Below the pieces are notes generated by a model that was not told the DNA's origin, did no database searches, and worked only from the letters and a program-made list of their open reading frames with translations. 64,000 bases of DNA, from positions 868,001-932,000 of the forward strand of contig OX597827.1 of the NCBI GenBank assembly GCA_951406725.2. Direction: 5' to 3'. Below, piece by piece: positions 52,386 through 64,000 of the stretch. The position numbers and the translations under genes were made by a program. The DNA comes from Octopus vulgaris. Lineage: Eukaryota. Within the stretch, counting starts at the first letter, position 1. Every line of letters begins with the position of its first letter.

Positions 52386-53015
52386 TGAGTTGGCAGAAAC
52401 GTTAGCACGCCGGGCGAAATGCGTAGCCGTATTTCGTCTGCCGTTACGTTCTGAGTTCAAATTCCACAAAGGTCGACTTTGCCTTTCATCCTTTCGGGGT
52501 CGATTAAATAAGTACCATCATCATCATCATTGTTCGACCGTGGTCGAGACAATGGAATTTACCATGATACGCCAGACTTCACGGTCCATCATGGCATTAC
52601 GGAGGTCCTGTTGCTGGATGCCTGTATCCCTGGAGTTACATCAGGGTAGGAGAGTGTGCGCCCTCTGGTATTGCGAGTAGATGGCTATTAAGTGCGTAAC
52701 TGGTACTTATTTTTTTTTTTTGGCTTCCAGAGGAGAAGAGTAGAAATTACTTCTCCTCTGGAAGCCAAAAAAAAAAATAATAAATACCAGTTACGCACTG
52801 GGGTCGATGTAATCGACTTAATCCGTTCGTCTGTCCTTGCTTGTCCTCTCTGAGTTTAGCCTCTTCCGGGTAGTAAAGAAATAAGTATTTCGTCTGTCTT
52901 TACGTTGTGAGTTCAAATTCCGCCGAGGTCGACTTTGGTTTTCATCCTTTCGGGATCGATAAATTAAGTATCAGTTGCGTACTGGGGTCGATCTAATCGA
53001 CTGGTCCCCTCCCCC
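52386..53015 (+). mobile_element. Dimeric SINE family 1 interrupted by an RTE fragment
   Basis: SINE runs to AATAAGTACCA (52517) and resumes at AATAAATACCAGTTACGCACTGGGG (about 52779). Confidence 0.85.
52518..52750 (-). mobile_element. RTE-type LINE 3' fragment with (TGA)n tail
   Basis: Minus-strand translation VISTLLLWKP / PSTRNTRGRTLSYPDV / RDTGIQQQDLRNAMMDREVWRIMV. Confidence 0.7.
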
Positions 53016-53682
53016 ATACTATTTTACGAGGCCGTGTGTCACGTGTAAACAAATAAATACAAGCGATTCACATGTGACAAAAATCCATGTAAAATACTTG
53101 CTATAAAATCGTCTTACAGAAAGTGTCCTGCTTCTAGTGGACGTGGCCATTACAGAACCTGTTATTGTTGTTTAGCCCCAGGTTAGTTCTGATATAATAG
53201 ACCAATGATGAAAACAATTTACCGCTGACCACACCGTCTTTTCATTAGAATCACTAAGATTACATGAACTAAAGCACTTTTTTCTGATGATGGAAAAGGC
53301 GGTGAGGTGGCAGAATCTATAGCGCGTTGGACGCAAATCCGAGCTCAGCTTTGCCTTTTATCTTTACGGGATCAATGGAATAAAGATCGGTCAGGTACTG
53401 GGGTTAAACAAATCGACTTGCCCTCTCCTCTCAAAATTGCTGGCCTTGCGCCAAAATTTGAAAGGATTAGTTAAGTCGATGAAACAAATTTGGTTGCTGT
53501 TTCTTACAGGACATGCCAAATATACAACCCACTGCAATGTTTAGTTTGGACCGGACATTTTATCGCAAGTTTTTGAATTCATATATTAGATGTGACCTAT
53601 TTCCCCTTCACTTTGCCTATACATTCTGAGGAAAACAGTTTGATTGATTGATTGATTCTAGTTTCAGCTCACGAGCTGTGGA

Positions 53683-53860
<178 letters not shown>

Positions 53861-54164
53861 TTACAAATTTACCTATGTTTCCTTCAAATATTAATGATAT
53901 TGAAAGGTTTTGCAAATGAAACAGTGTAAGCTTACTATCAAGTATTAATGTTCTCATGAAATGTACGCATTCAGTTGGACACTTTTTTATATTCTTTCTC
54001 TTTCTAACCACTAATTAGAATCCTTGTAGTTTGAGTTTTTCCCATATATCTCTGTGCACACACTTTATTACCTTGGCCTGCATTACTGATTTTAGTTTCT
54101 ATAGAAAATAATTGTCTTTAGCTGTCCTGTGAAATCTAGTTTATGTTTCAATCCGCCTTGCAAA

Positions 54165-54575
54165 TTGACTTAATCCGTTTGTCTGTCCTTGTTTGTCCCC
54201 TCTGTGCTTAGCCCCTTGTGGGTAGTAAAGAAATAGGTATTTCGTCCGTATTCACGTTCTGAGTTTAAATTCTACCGAAGTCAACTTCGTCTTTCATTCT
54301 TACGGAGGTCGATAAAATAAGTAGCAGTTGAACTCTGGCATCGATGTAATCGACCTACCCTTCTTCTAAAATTGCTGGCCTTGTACCATAACTGGAAACC
54401 AATATGTGTATTATCATTAAGGTAGCGAGCTGACCTGGCAGAACCGTTAGCACGTCAGGCAAAATGACATTTCGTCCGTTTCTACGTTCTGAGTTCAAAT
54501 TCTGCCCAGGTCGACCATATCTTTCATCCTTTCAGGGTCGATCAAATAAGAGGGGTTGCGGCAAAATTTGAAATC
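54165..54575 (+). mobile_element. SINE family 1 cluster (linker plus monomer, then a second head)
   Basis: TTAATCCGTTTGTCTGTCCTTG linker; GTAGCGAGCTG..GGCAGAACCGTTAGCACG head at about 54421. Confidence 0.75.
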
Positions 54576-55068
54576 ATTATTTTCTCTATCATTGTTGGGT
54601 TAGTTGCTGCTGTTGTTTAACCCCAGGTCATCCCCGACTGGTCACCAGATTACTGTATTAGATGTTATATAGGTTGATCTTATCGTTGGTATTTCATTCG
54701 GAATTAAGTTAGAATTGCTCTCATTTTCTCTCGTCATAAATTGTTTTTGTTGCTGTTGTTGTGGTTATAGATCGATATAGATAGTTAGATTGGTAGATCG
54801 ATAAAAGGATAGATCGATAAGAATATAAAGAGCGAGCCACAAAATGCATGGCAGTTTTAAAAAGAAAAAGAATCAATGAATTTGTTTCTGTAATAAATAC
54901 AATTAGCAAATAATTTATTGGATTAAAAAAAAAAGAACTCCGACGCAAATTACGCCGCCACACACACACACACACACATACACACACACACTTGCTCGCA
55001 CAAGTACGTAAGTTTAAACACACACACGTAGACGTGTGTGTGTATATATATATATTTATACATACAAA

Positions 55069-55140
<72 letters not shown>

Positions 55141-55190
55141 TGATGATGATGATGATGATAATAATAATGATGATGATGATGATTATGATG

Positions 55191-55222
<32 letters not shown>

Positions 55223-55228
55223 TATAAA

Positions 55229-55295
<67 letters not shown>

Positions 55296-55556
55296 CTGTG
55301 AATAGAATTTTCAATCGAATTCAAAACATTCTAGGAATAACTGACTTAGCAAAAGACCTCTATAAACTAAAATACCCTGAGAATATTATGTATATGTACG
55401 TATACACACACACACGCGTACACGCGCGCGCACATACATGAATTTACGTAATGTTATCTTAATATGTTATGCAATAGACTACATATTTTGGGAATAAGCC
55501 GCACTATGTAGCTATGTTTAGAACTATACATTCGTTCTTGCTTACTATATCTGTCA

Positions 55557-55611
<55 letters not shown>

Positions 55612-55651
55612 CATCTATCTATCTGTCTGTCTGTCTGTCTGTCTGTCTCTG

Positions 55652-55685
<34 letters not shown>

Positions 55686-57629
55686 CATCTACCTTTATAG
55701 ACGTCGAACAATTCGAATGAGTGCTCAATACCGCACAGCAGGATAGAAATAAAGTATACACACACATACACAAACACAATTGCTGAATCTCAACGTTATC
55801 CATTATTTATCTTGGTTTTCTCACTTGGTGAGGCATAAATGATACGTCACATATATTCATTGGTGTCACTAGATCACGTGGTAAAAATATAGATTAGTCC
55901 TGGCATATAATTATTTGGTTATCGATGAGTAACTTTCTATGTAAATTTCTGTAGAGAAAAACAGCTGTTGTAACTCATTGAGTCTCGTCTTAAGTGTTTT
56001 CCAATGCATTTATGAAATAAATATATTGAAGTATGTATCACAATTGATTCTAAAAGTGAAATATTCTCGAGACGAGACTAACGATTTTTTCTTTACGTAG
56101 ATTGAAACGCTTCATCCATTGCACTTAAAATATTGTCTGGTATTAATACGTTTTACAGTGCGTAAAATGTGCGATGCATCGTGTTAGCTTCACCATTTAC
56201 ATTTACCGTCACCCGATCGAGTGCTTCGAGCGTAAAACTTAATACCTGTGTCGATAACTAATGTTAATGGAACTAATAGTAGTACTCGCTATTAATTTAT
56301 CACTTTAATTAGACCTTCCATTTCCTATGCCCTACCCATCACCTCATTTAATATCACTACTTGGCCCTTGGGTTCTTTTAGTGGAGTCCAATCTGTTGCA
56401 AGCATTCGGACCCGCAGTTAAAGACTCTTTCCTCCTGCAATTCTTCTCTTTCCTCTCTCCTACCATTGTCAAAGATCCCCTAAAAGATTCATCGATACTG
56501 CTCTTCATTCTGACTTAGTATTAAAGACATTGTTCCTTGACCTGCTAAAAACACCAGTCATTTATTCCTTAAAGTTAAATATCGAACCTCTTAACAAAAG
56601 AAGCCAAATCAACGTTGGATAATGGAGGTGTAGATACGTTTTTGCAAACAAAGATGAATTGGTCACGGTTGGGTTACAACTATGATTTGATCTCACCTCA
56701 CAATTTTGTTGATTTAATAATCAAACAATGGTATACATCAGTGCTTATAGTAATTGAAGGTGTGTGTATATCTGCGTGTATTTACATGTGTGCGTGTTCG
56801 TGTGTGTATATGTGTGCGGCTGCGTGTAGGTCTTGGGGTGTGCAATGCGTTTCGTTGTATTTTTGTATCTGTGTATCTACATGTATCAATGTGTGTATTT
56901 GCGTGTGTATTAGTTTGTGTTTGTGTGTAGTATGTGTGCATGTGTTTGTGCGTTTGCGTGCGTTTCTCAGTATCCATTTGTGTTTGTACACGCACGTTAA
57001 TGTGTGTGTACATGTGAGTGTACGTGCGTTTGCGTGCATATGGATGACTGCAAATGTTTGTGTATATATCGGTGTATGCATGTATTTGTGTCTGTGTATG
57101 CATATATGCTTGAGTGTATCTACGTGTGTCCGTGTGTATGTGTCTGTGCATGTATACCTGAGTGTATGTGTGCGCGCATGCGTATATGTTTGCAGTGCAG
57201 AATTATTATTTATCCGTGTCATGACAACGTGTGACTTATACACCTGGTTAACAACATAAGTGTGCATTAAAACATAATAAAATCGTGATTTTAATATAAC
57301 AAAAAATATTTCCAATAAAAACCAACAACGAAAACGCAATTAATCATGTAAAACAAACACAAGATATTAATAAATTTTATTTCGTTTATTTTTTAGAAGT
57401 TTTCTTGTCACATCATTTATCTTCATTTATCAGGTTGTATCAGTTCTTTCTCCTTTTGATATTCATTTCTAGTTGTTCATATTATTTATCAAGTTTTCAT
57501 ATTCCTGGAGGTTAATTGCTGTTCTTGATATGTCACCCACTTATCTGCCAAGGATTCATAAACATAGATCTATCAGTAATACAGACTGGAGAGTCGCCCA
57601 GCTGCAGCTAGACAATTGTTGAGCCGTGT

Positions 57630-57838
57630 CTTTCATCTTTTATTCGCTTCGGTCATTGGACTGCGGCCATGCTGGGGCACCGGCTTAGTCGAAAGAATCA
57701 AGTTCCAAAATTATTTTCTAAAGTTTGGTACTTATTCTATCATCCTCTTTTGCCGCGCCCGCTCAGTTGGGGAGACGTAAACAAACCTACACCGGTTGTC
57801 AAAACCTGGGGAAGAACAAACACAAGTACAAAGACACA
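57630..57838 (-). mobile_element. SINE family 3, 3' half
   Basis: CATTGGACTGCGGCCATGCTGGGGCACC...GGTACTTATTCTATC is the reverse complement of 42650-42775. Confidence 0.7.
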
Positions 57839-57851
57839 CGCACGCACCCAT

Positions 57852-57890
<39 letters not shown>

Positions 57891-58979
57891 GACACTCATT
57901 CACATAAGTATCATATATTTTTTATCTTATATATATATATATCTTTTGTACATAAGAAATTAAAATGACAAGGAGATAAGAAATTATGTCATGAACTTTA
58001 TTAGCTTGCAGCTGTTTCTGCTACAAGAAGCAATGCAGTTGAGCGTTTGTGTATCGCTTGATGGCTTTATATATATCAAGTCAAGTCATTTTCGACTTTT
58101 ACGTCTGTTTCGCCACAAATACTGAAATCGTTAAAAGCACATAAAATCATGTTACTGTACAATAAATAAGAATAAAAGCATATGAAATCATATTAAAATA
58201 CGTACAGTAAATGTTAAGATACACACCATAAAGTAATGTAGCTTAGTGAACAAAATCATGAAATCAGCTGTGTTGTCTTATTTATCGGTCTTTCGGAGCT
58301 CATATTTTACTGTCTTATTGCAAACTGCATTCATAAATAAAGCGATCTACGGTAAACACCACCAAATTGTATTGACAAATTAAAAAAAATAAAAGCTATT
58401 TGTTTGTAAGCTTAAAATAGGTTTTTATTATCCATGTATTATTGAAAATGCATTCATAAATAAAGTACAGAACTTTTTCTAATCCGTATTTAGAGCATTT
58501 CAAGACAAGATACGCCTTCGATAAAACAGTTGTTCCCGCAAAGCAAATTAAATGAAATTTGGGATTTTACGATGAGTCAAAATCGGTAACGAAAGCAGGA
58601 CAGTGAAAACAAACGGGAAGGGATGCTAAGCTTAAACGAAGTTGTGGTGACGAACGCGAAGAAACAAGCTTAGACAGGAGACAGGCAAGAATACGTCTTC
58701 TTTGTCCAGCTGCAAAAGGAAGAAATAAAGAAACATAAGTTAGGAGAAAGAAAAATGGGCGATGATTACGTGGGAGCCACGTGAGCAAAGGAGGAAGAAT
58801 ACGGGAAAGAGAGTGACAGACAGAGAACTGTAAAGGGAAGAGGAAAAGATTTGGAGATAGGATAAGAGAGAAAAGCAAGAGGGGGAAGGGGAGGTAAAAG
58901 AATAAGAGAAAGGAAGAGAGAAAACGAAAGAGTAATAAGATAGAATAGAGAATATATATATATATATATAATATAAATA

Positions 58980-59416
58980 CCGTAAATCCTTGAGTATAAT
59001 ACGCACCCCTTCTCTAACTTGAGTGAAGGAGGTCCTTGGTTTGTAAAAATGTATACGGTAACGTCCTTTATTATTATTGTATATATAACATAATGCAAAC
59101 GTGTAGCTTTTTTGTGCATTTTGTTTGTAGAAAATAAAGAAATAACAGTAATAACAGTAATAATGTTTAATAAATGTTACTTACAGCAAGTTATGGATGA
59201 TTCTTTTATGACTTCATTGCTTTCAGGCTTATCTTAATGTGTTTTCGCGTCTGGCATCACAAAATGCGTCTGAAGAAACATTGCCGGACAGCAAATAGAT
59301 ACTCGGACATTGCTTAGAAAATATATTTCATTTTTAACCTCGTATATAATACGCACTAGGGATTTTGACCATTAAATTTTGGGGAAAAAATGCGTATTAT
59401 ACTCGAAGATTTACGG
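58980..59416. mobile_element. Tc2/pogo-like MITE (same family as 12518-12999)
   Basis: TA|CCGTAAATCCTTGAGTATAATACGCA ... TGCGTATTATACTCGAAGATTTACGG|TA. Confidence 0.88.
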
Positions 59417-59445
59417 TATATATATATACACACATATATATATAA

Positions 59446-59528
<83 letters not shown>

Positions 59529-60110
59529 CATACATACATACATCTGTATATGTATATGTGCGTGCATATGTTCATATACATACATACATACATACATACA
59601 TACATACATACATACATACATACATACACTGACGATTATTAATTTCTGCAACTGCTTGAATGATACCCCTCGCAATATCATATTCCCCTCTTACTTCTTG
59701 GACAGTAATGTTGACCCTGAAATGGTCACGCGATTGATGATTGGTTTGAGTCGCTTATCAATTCATTCTAATTCCTGATGAGCAGACACGCTGTGCCATT
59801 TCTCTACTTCTCAGGACTGGCTGATTGCTTTTGTGGCAGCTTCACTCAAACCCACTCAACTCATACATTTCCCCTTCCTGTCGTCTCCCACATTGTATGC
59901 AGTTCCCTTTGCCCCACTTCGCACTAAACACTATTTGCAATCCTTCTCTCCCATCTTCCCCTTAGAACGTCATCCCACTGGAATCCCCTTTTTAGCAATG
60001 TTATTCTTGCTGTTATCAGTCTGCAGTACTTAACACATCAACTTCATCAATTTAATCAACCTGTGAAGTTCTGTAAGGGACATGTGTACAGCTTTTCCCT
60101 CACTCTCAGA

Positions 60111-60464
60111 CAAGGGCTCCCAACTATTTTTTCCTTATGAACCCTTTTGACTACTATTTTATTCTGGTGGACCCCGCCACCCAAAGCCATTCGATGTTTA
60201 AAAACTTGTTGTATAGAAACTTCTTTCAAAATCGTATTTTGTTTTTTACACATTCACCTGTGTAGGTTGGACTAAGTAAAATGGTACAGGAAGAAATCTT
60301 AATGTTTCTTGCAATACATAGCAATGCGTACGTCTAAAGCAAACTTTTTTCAGGAGCCCTTAAAATACAATTGTGGATCCCCAATTTACTATTTTGTTGC
60401 GTAGACCTCCAAGAATATTATATGAATCCTCAGGGGCCATATGGACATCGGTTGAGAACCACTG
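60111..60464. mobile_element. hAT (Charlie-like) MITE
   Basis: TIRs CAAGGGCTCCCAAC / GTTGAGAACCACTG; 8-bp flanks CTCTCAGA / CTCTAAGG (6 of 8 match). Confidence 0.7.
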
Positions 60465-60873
60465 CTCTAAGGCATTAAAAGCCTTTTTGATATCAATTCT
60501 TAACTATGACTCTAAAACGCTAAAGCCTGTCTATTTTATTTTCATTGGCAAAGTTGTGTTATTTAGCTTCGATATCGCTACTATCGTTAGTATAACAGCT
60601 TGTGTTTTCTTTCTTCCGGTGAGATGGCAGCATTAGTGGCTTTTATCGATTCCAATCTCCACTCCCACTTCTTTCTGCAAGCCCAGCTTTCTTTTGCATT
60701 CTCCATTACGGCGGACTAGTTTTAACGAAACAGCAATACATACTTCATGAAAAAGAACACCGTACGGGTACAAGACATATGTAATGTTACGTAAGATGCA
60801 TCCGATGTGCTTTTGAAACACCTGTTGTACTCGACTACCTCTTCCACCCTATATATATATATACACACACACG

Positions 60874-60919
<46 letters not shown>

Positions 60920-61167
60920 GGAGCAGATAGACAGATATATAGATTGATAGATAGATATGTATATACATACATGAACACATGTACACATCCATCCATCCAT
61001 CCATCCATCCACCCATCCGTACATCCATACATACGAACAAACATACAAACGTTTGCATTCTTTCATCCCTGCCAACAGTTTCTCACTCAATGAATCGCTT
61101 CCTTCATTCTCCTTCTTTCGTTTTCTTTTATTTATATTTCAGTCGTAGCTTTTTTCTCGTGTCAAGA

Positions 61168-61481
61168 GTCTTCTTCTTCTTCATCTTCTTCTTCTTCTTC
61201 ATCATCTTCTTCTTCATCATCTTCTTCATCTTCTTCTTCATCTTCTTCTTCTTCTTCTTCTTCTTCGTTTTCTTCTTCTTCTTCTTCGTTTTCTTCTTCT
61301 TCTTCTTCTTCTTCTTCTTCTTCTTCTTCTTCTTCTTCTTCTTCTTCTTCTTCGTTTTGTTCTTGTTCTTCTTGTTCTTGTTCTTCTTGTTCTTGTTCTT
61401 GTTCTTCTTCTTCTTCTTCTTCTTCTTCTTCTTCTTCTTCTTCTTCTTCTTCTTCTTCTTCTTCTTCTTCTTCTTCTTCTC
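61168..61481. repeat. (TTC)n microsatellite
   Basis: Directly visible. Confidence 0.95.
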
Positions 61482-62313
61482 ATTTTCCACCTCTTTTATT
61501 TTCTTCTATATCTTCGTTAATACATTGAGCAATAACAGAAATAGTTTTTTTTTTTTTTGCATTTCTCATGCTATCATTTGGTGATGATGGCGATGGTAAT
61601 AATGGCGGCGGTGGGGGTTGTGTCGGCGATGATGGCGATGGTCGCGATGGAAGCGATGACGGCGACGGTACCGATGGCGGCGGTGGTTTACGATGTTGGC
61701 GATGGCGTGTAATCATCCTAGTTTATTTAGATATCGTTGAACAAAGACACACAACAGCAGCGTGTCTTCGAATACATTAGCGATATTCTGTAAGAATATC
61801 CATTCCTGATAATAATTGCCAGGTCGTGTATGGTTTGTGTAGAAAGAACGCCGTTGAGTTTAACTCACACTTTCATTCTGCTTCGTTGAACACCGACCAA
61901 CCATGTGCAATAGCAGCAGGCAACCCAATGCACACTCTCGCTCTGTGAAGTGTAATAAAGAGGTGACTCATTTCTGCATGATGGAGACTACAAATTAGTT
62001 GAGATTTAGCCACGATCTCGCACTAAGTTGATCAAAATCACGAACAAATGGTGTTTGAATAATTCCGGTTTTACATTTCATTCGGAAGAAATTAAGGAAG
62101 GAAAAAAAAAAGTGGACAGGAAAAAAGATCACAGAATAAATAAATAAATGAAACCCTTTGCAGACACCAAAGAAATGCAGCTTTCAGACATGTTGTCAAA
62201 GATGGAGGATAAGAATTGTGGTTTAGATAGTTACTATTATTATTATTATTATTATTATTATTGTTGTTATTATTATTATTATTATTATTATCATCATCAC
62301 CACCACCACCACC

Positions 62314-62640
<327 letters not shown>

Positions 62641-62674
62641 TTTCATCATCATCATCATCATTATTATTATTATT

Positions 62675-62785
62675 GAGTGAGAGAGCAGTGCATGCCATCA
62701 AAGTGACACTGAGGTAAAATATACGAAGCCCAGTATACCCATCATGACTACCCGACTGATAAGGGTACATCAGGCACATGCATCA
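62675..62785 (-). mobile_element. (TAA)n-tailed family C 3' end
   Basis: Second copy of 49495-49612; tail runs into (TAA)n. Confidence 0.7.
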
Positions 62786-62800
62786 TCATCATCATCATCA

Positions 62801-62868
<68 letters not shown>

Positions 62869-62869
<1 letters not shown>

Positions 62870-63553
62870 TATGTTTGACTTTTGCTTTGTCTGTACAAGT
62901 TGGCTCCAAGTCTCACCCAGAGACCTCAAGAGACAACAGGTTGGAAGTTCTGTGCCATATATTTGGGGTTTTTTTCCCCCTTTTTTTTTGGTGTTGTACT
63001 AGTGAATGTCTAATACATAAAAAAATAATAAAAAATAAAAATAAAAATTTTGTTTTAAACCTTGGGATTACATAGAGAGTATTTTGCGTAGGATATGAGC
63101 AGTTCCCATGAGCACTATCTTTTGAATTTCTGCCATTTTGGGGTTTCCTGGTATCTGAGTTAGGTAGCAATCAGTCCCTTTCGCTATCATTCCCAGGGCA
63201 CCTATGACAACAGGTATTGTTTTAGTCTTCAGCTTCCACATTTTGCTGATTTCTATTTCAAGATCTTTATATTTGCTCAGTTTTTGGTAGGTCTTGACAG
63301 ATACGTTTATATCGATTGGGACAGTCATATCAATGAGGAGGCATGTTCTTTGTCTGAAGTCTTTCAATATAATGTCTGGCCTATTTGCATCTATCTTCCT
63401 GTCAGTTTGAATGGTGAAGTTCCAGAGGAGTGAGATGTGGTCATTTTCAAGCACAGGAGGTGGATTGTGCTCCCACCAGTTTTTTTTCATGGGGCAAATC
63501 CAGGTTTTTGCAAATTACCCAGTGAATATATTGTGCAGCTCTATCATGCCTAC
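62869..63553 (-). mobile_element. 5'-truncated R4/Dong-clade element (family B), RLE domain plus 3' UTR
   Basis: RHDRAAQYIHW, LWNFTIQTDR, NRPDII, LIDMTVP, KLSKYKDL, PVVIGALG; (TAA)n on both sides. Confidence 0.92.
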
Positions 63554-63555
63554 TG

Positions 63556-63915
<360 letters not shown>

Positions 63916-63923
63916 TAATAATG

Positions 63924-63982
<59 letters not shown>

Positions 63983-64000
63983 CTACAGCAAATATTCTGC

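Noticed and set aside
56330-56515. Possible ancient CR1/L2 3' remnant on the minus strand
   Set aside because: Only a faint NA.NRL-like motif; too degenerate to call
59776-59800. CTGATGAG-CAG-acacg-CTG hammerhead-like start
   Set aside because: No GAAA or stem III follows

Overview
Eukaryotic (animal) non-coding DNA: AT-rich and dominated by simple repeats ((TA)n, (CA)n, (TACA)n, (TAGA)n, (TAA)n, (GAT)n, (GGT)n, (TTC)n) and transposon remnants. The tRNA-derived SINE families and the microsatellite load suggest a cephalopod (octopus-like) intergenic or intronic region; this is an inference. I found no credible host-gene exon, and almost all listed ORFs are microsatellite artefacts. The real coding remnants are all mobile elements: a young 5'-truncated CR1-type LINE, R4/Dong-type RLE retrotransposons stacked in (TAA)n tracts, RTE LINE remnants, and decayed mariner, Tc1 and maT transposases. 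There are also MITEs and more than 20 SINE copies. The most interesting signal is about a dozen hammerhead-ribozyme-like motifs (CUGANGA...GAAA-stem-NUH). Several sit in outward-facing inverted repeats, some are followed by AATAAA, and some have a greatly enlarged stem II or a permuted core order. This points to a dense population of Penelope-like (pLTR-derived) ribozyme-bearing elements. One near-intact copy (20903-20940) has a twin that is split through its catalytic GAAA by the CR1 insertion. All coordinates were read by eye, and element boundaries are approximate unless TIRs or tails are quoted.
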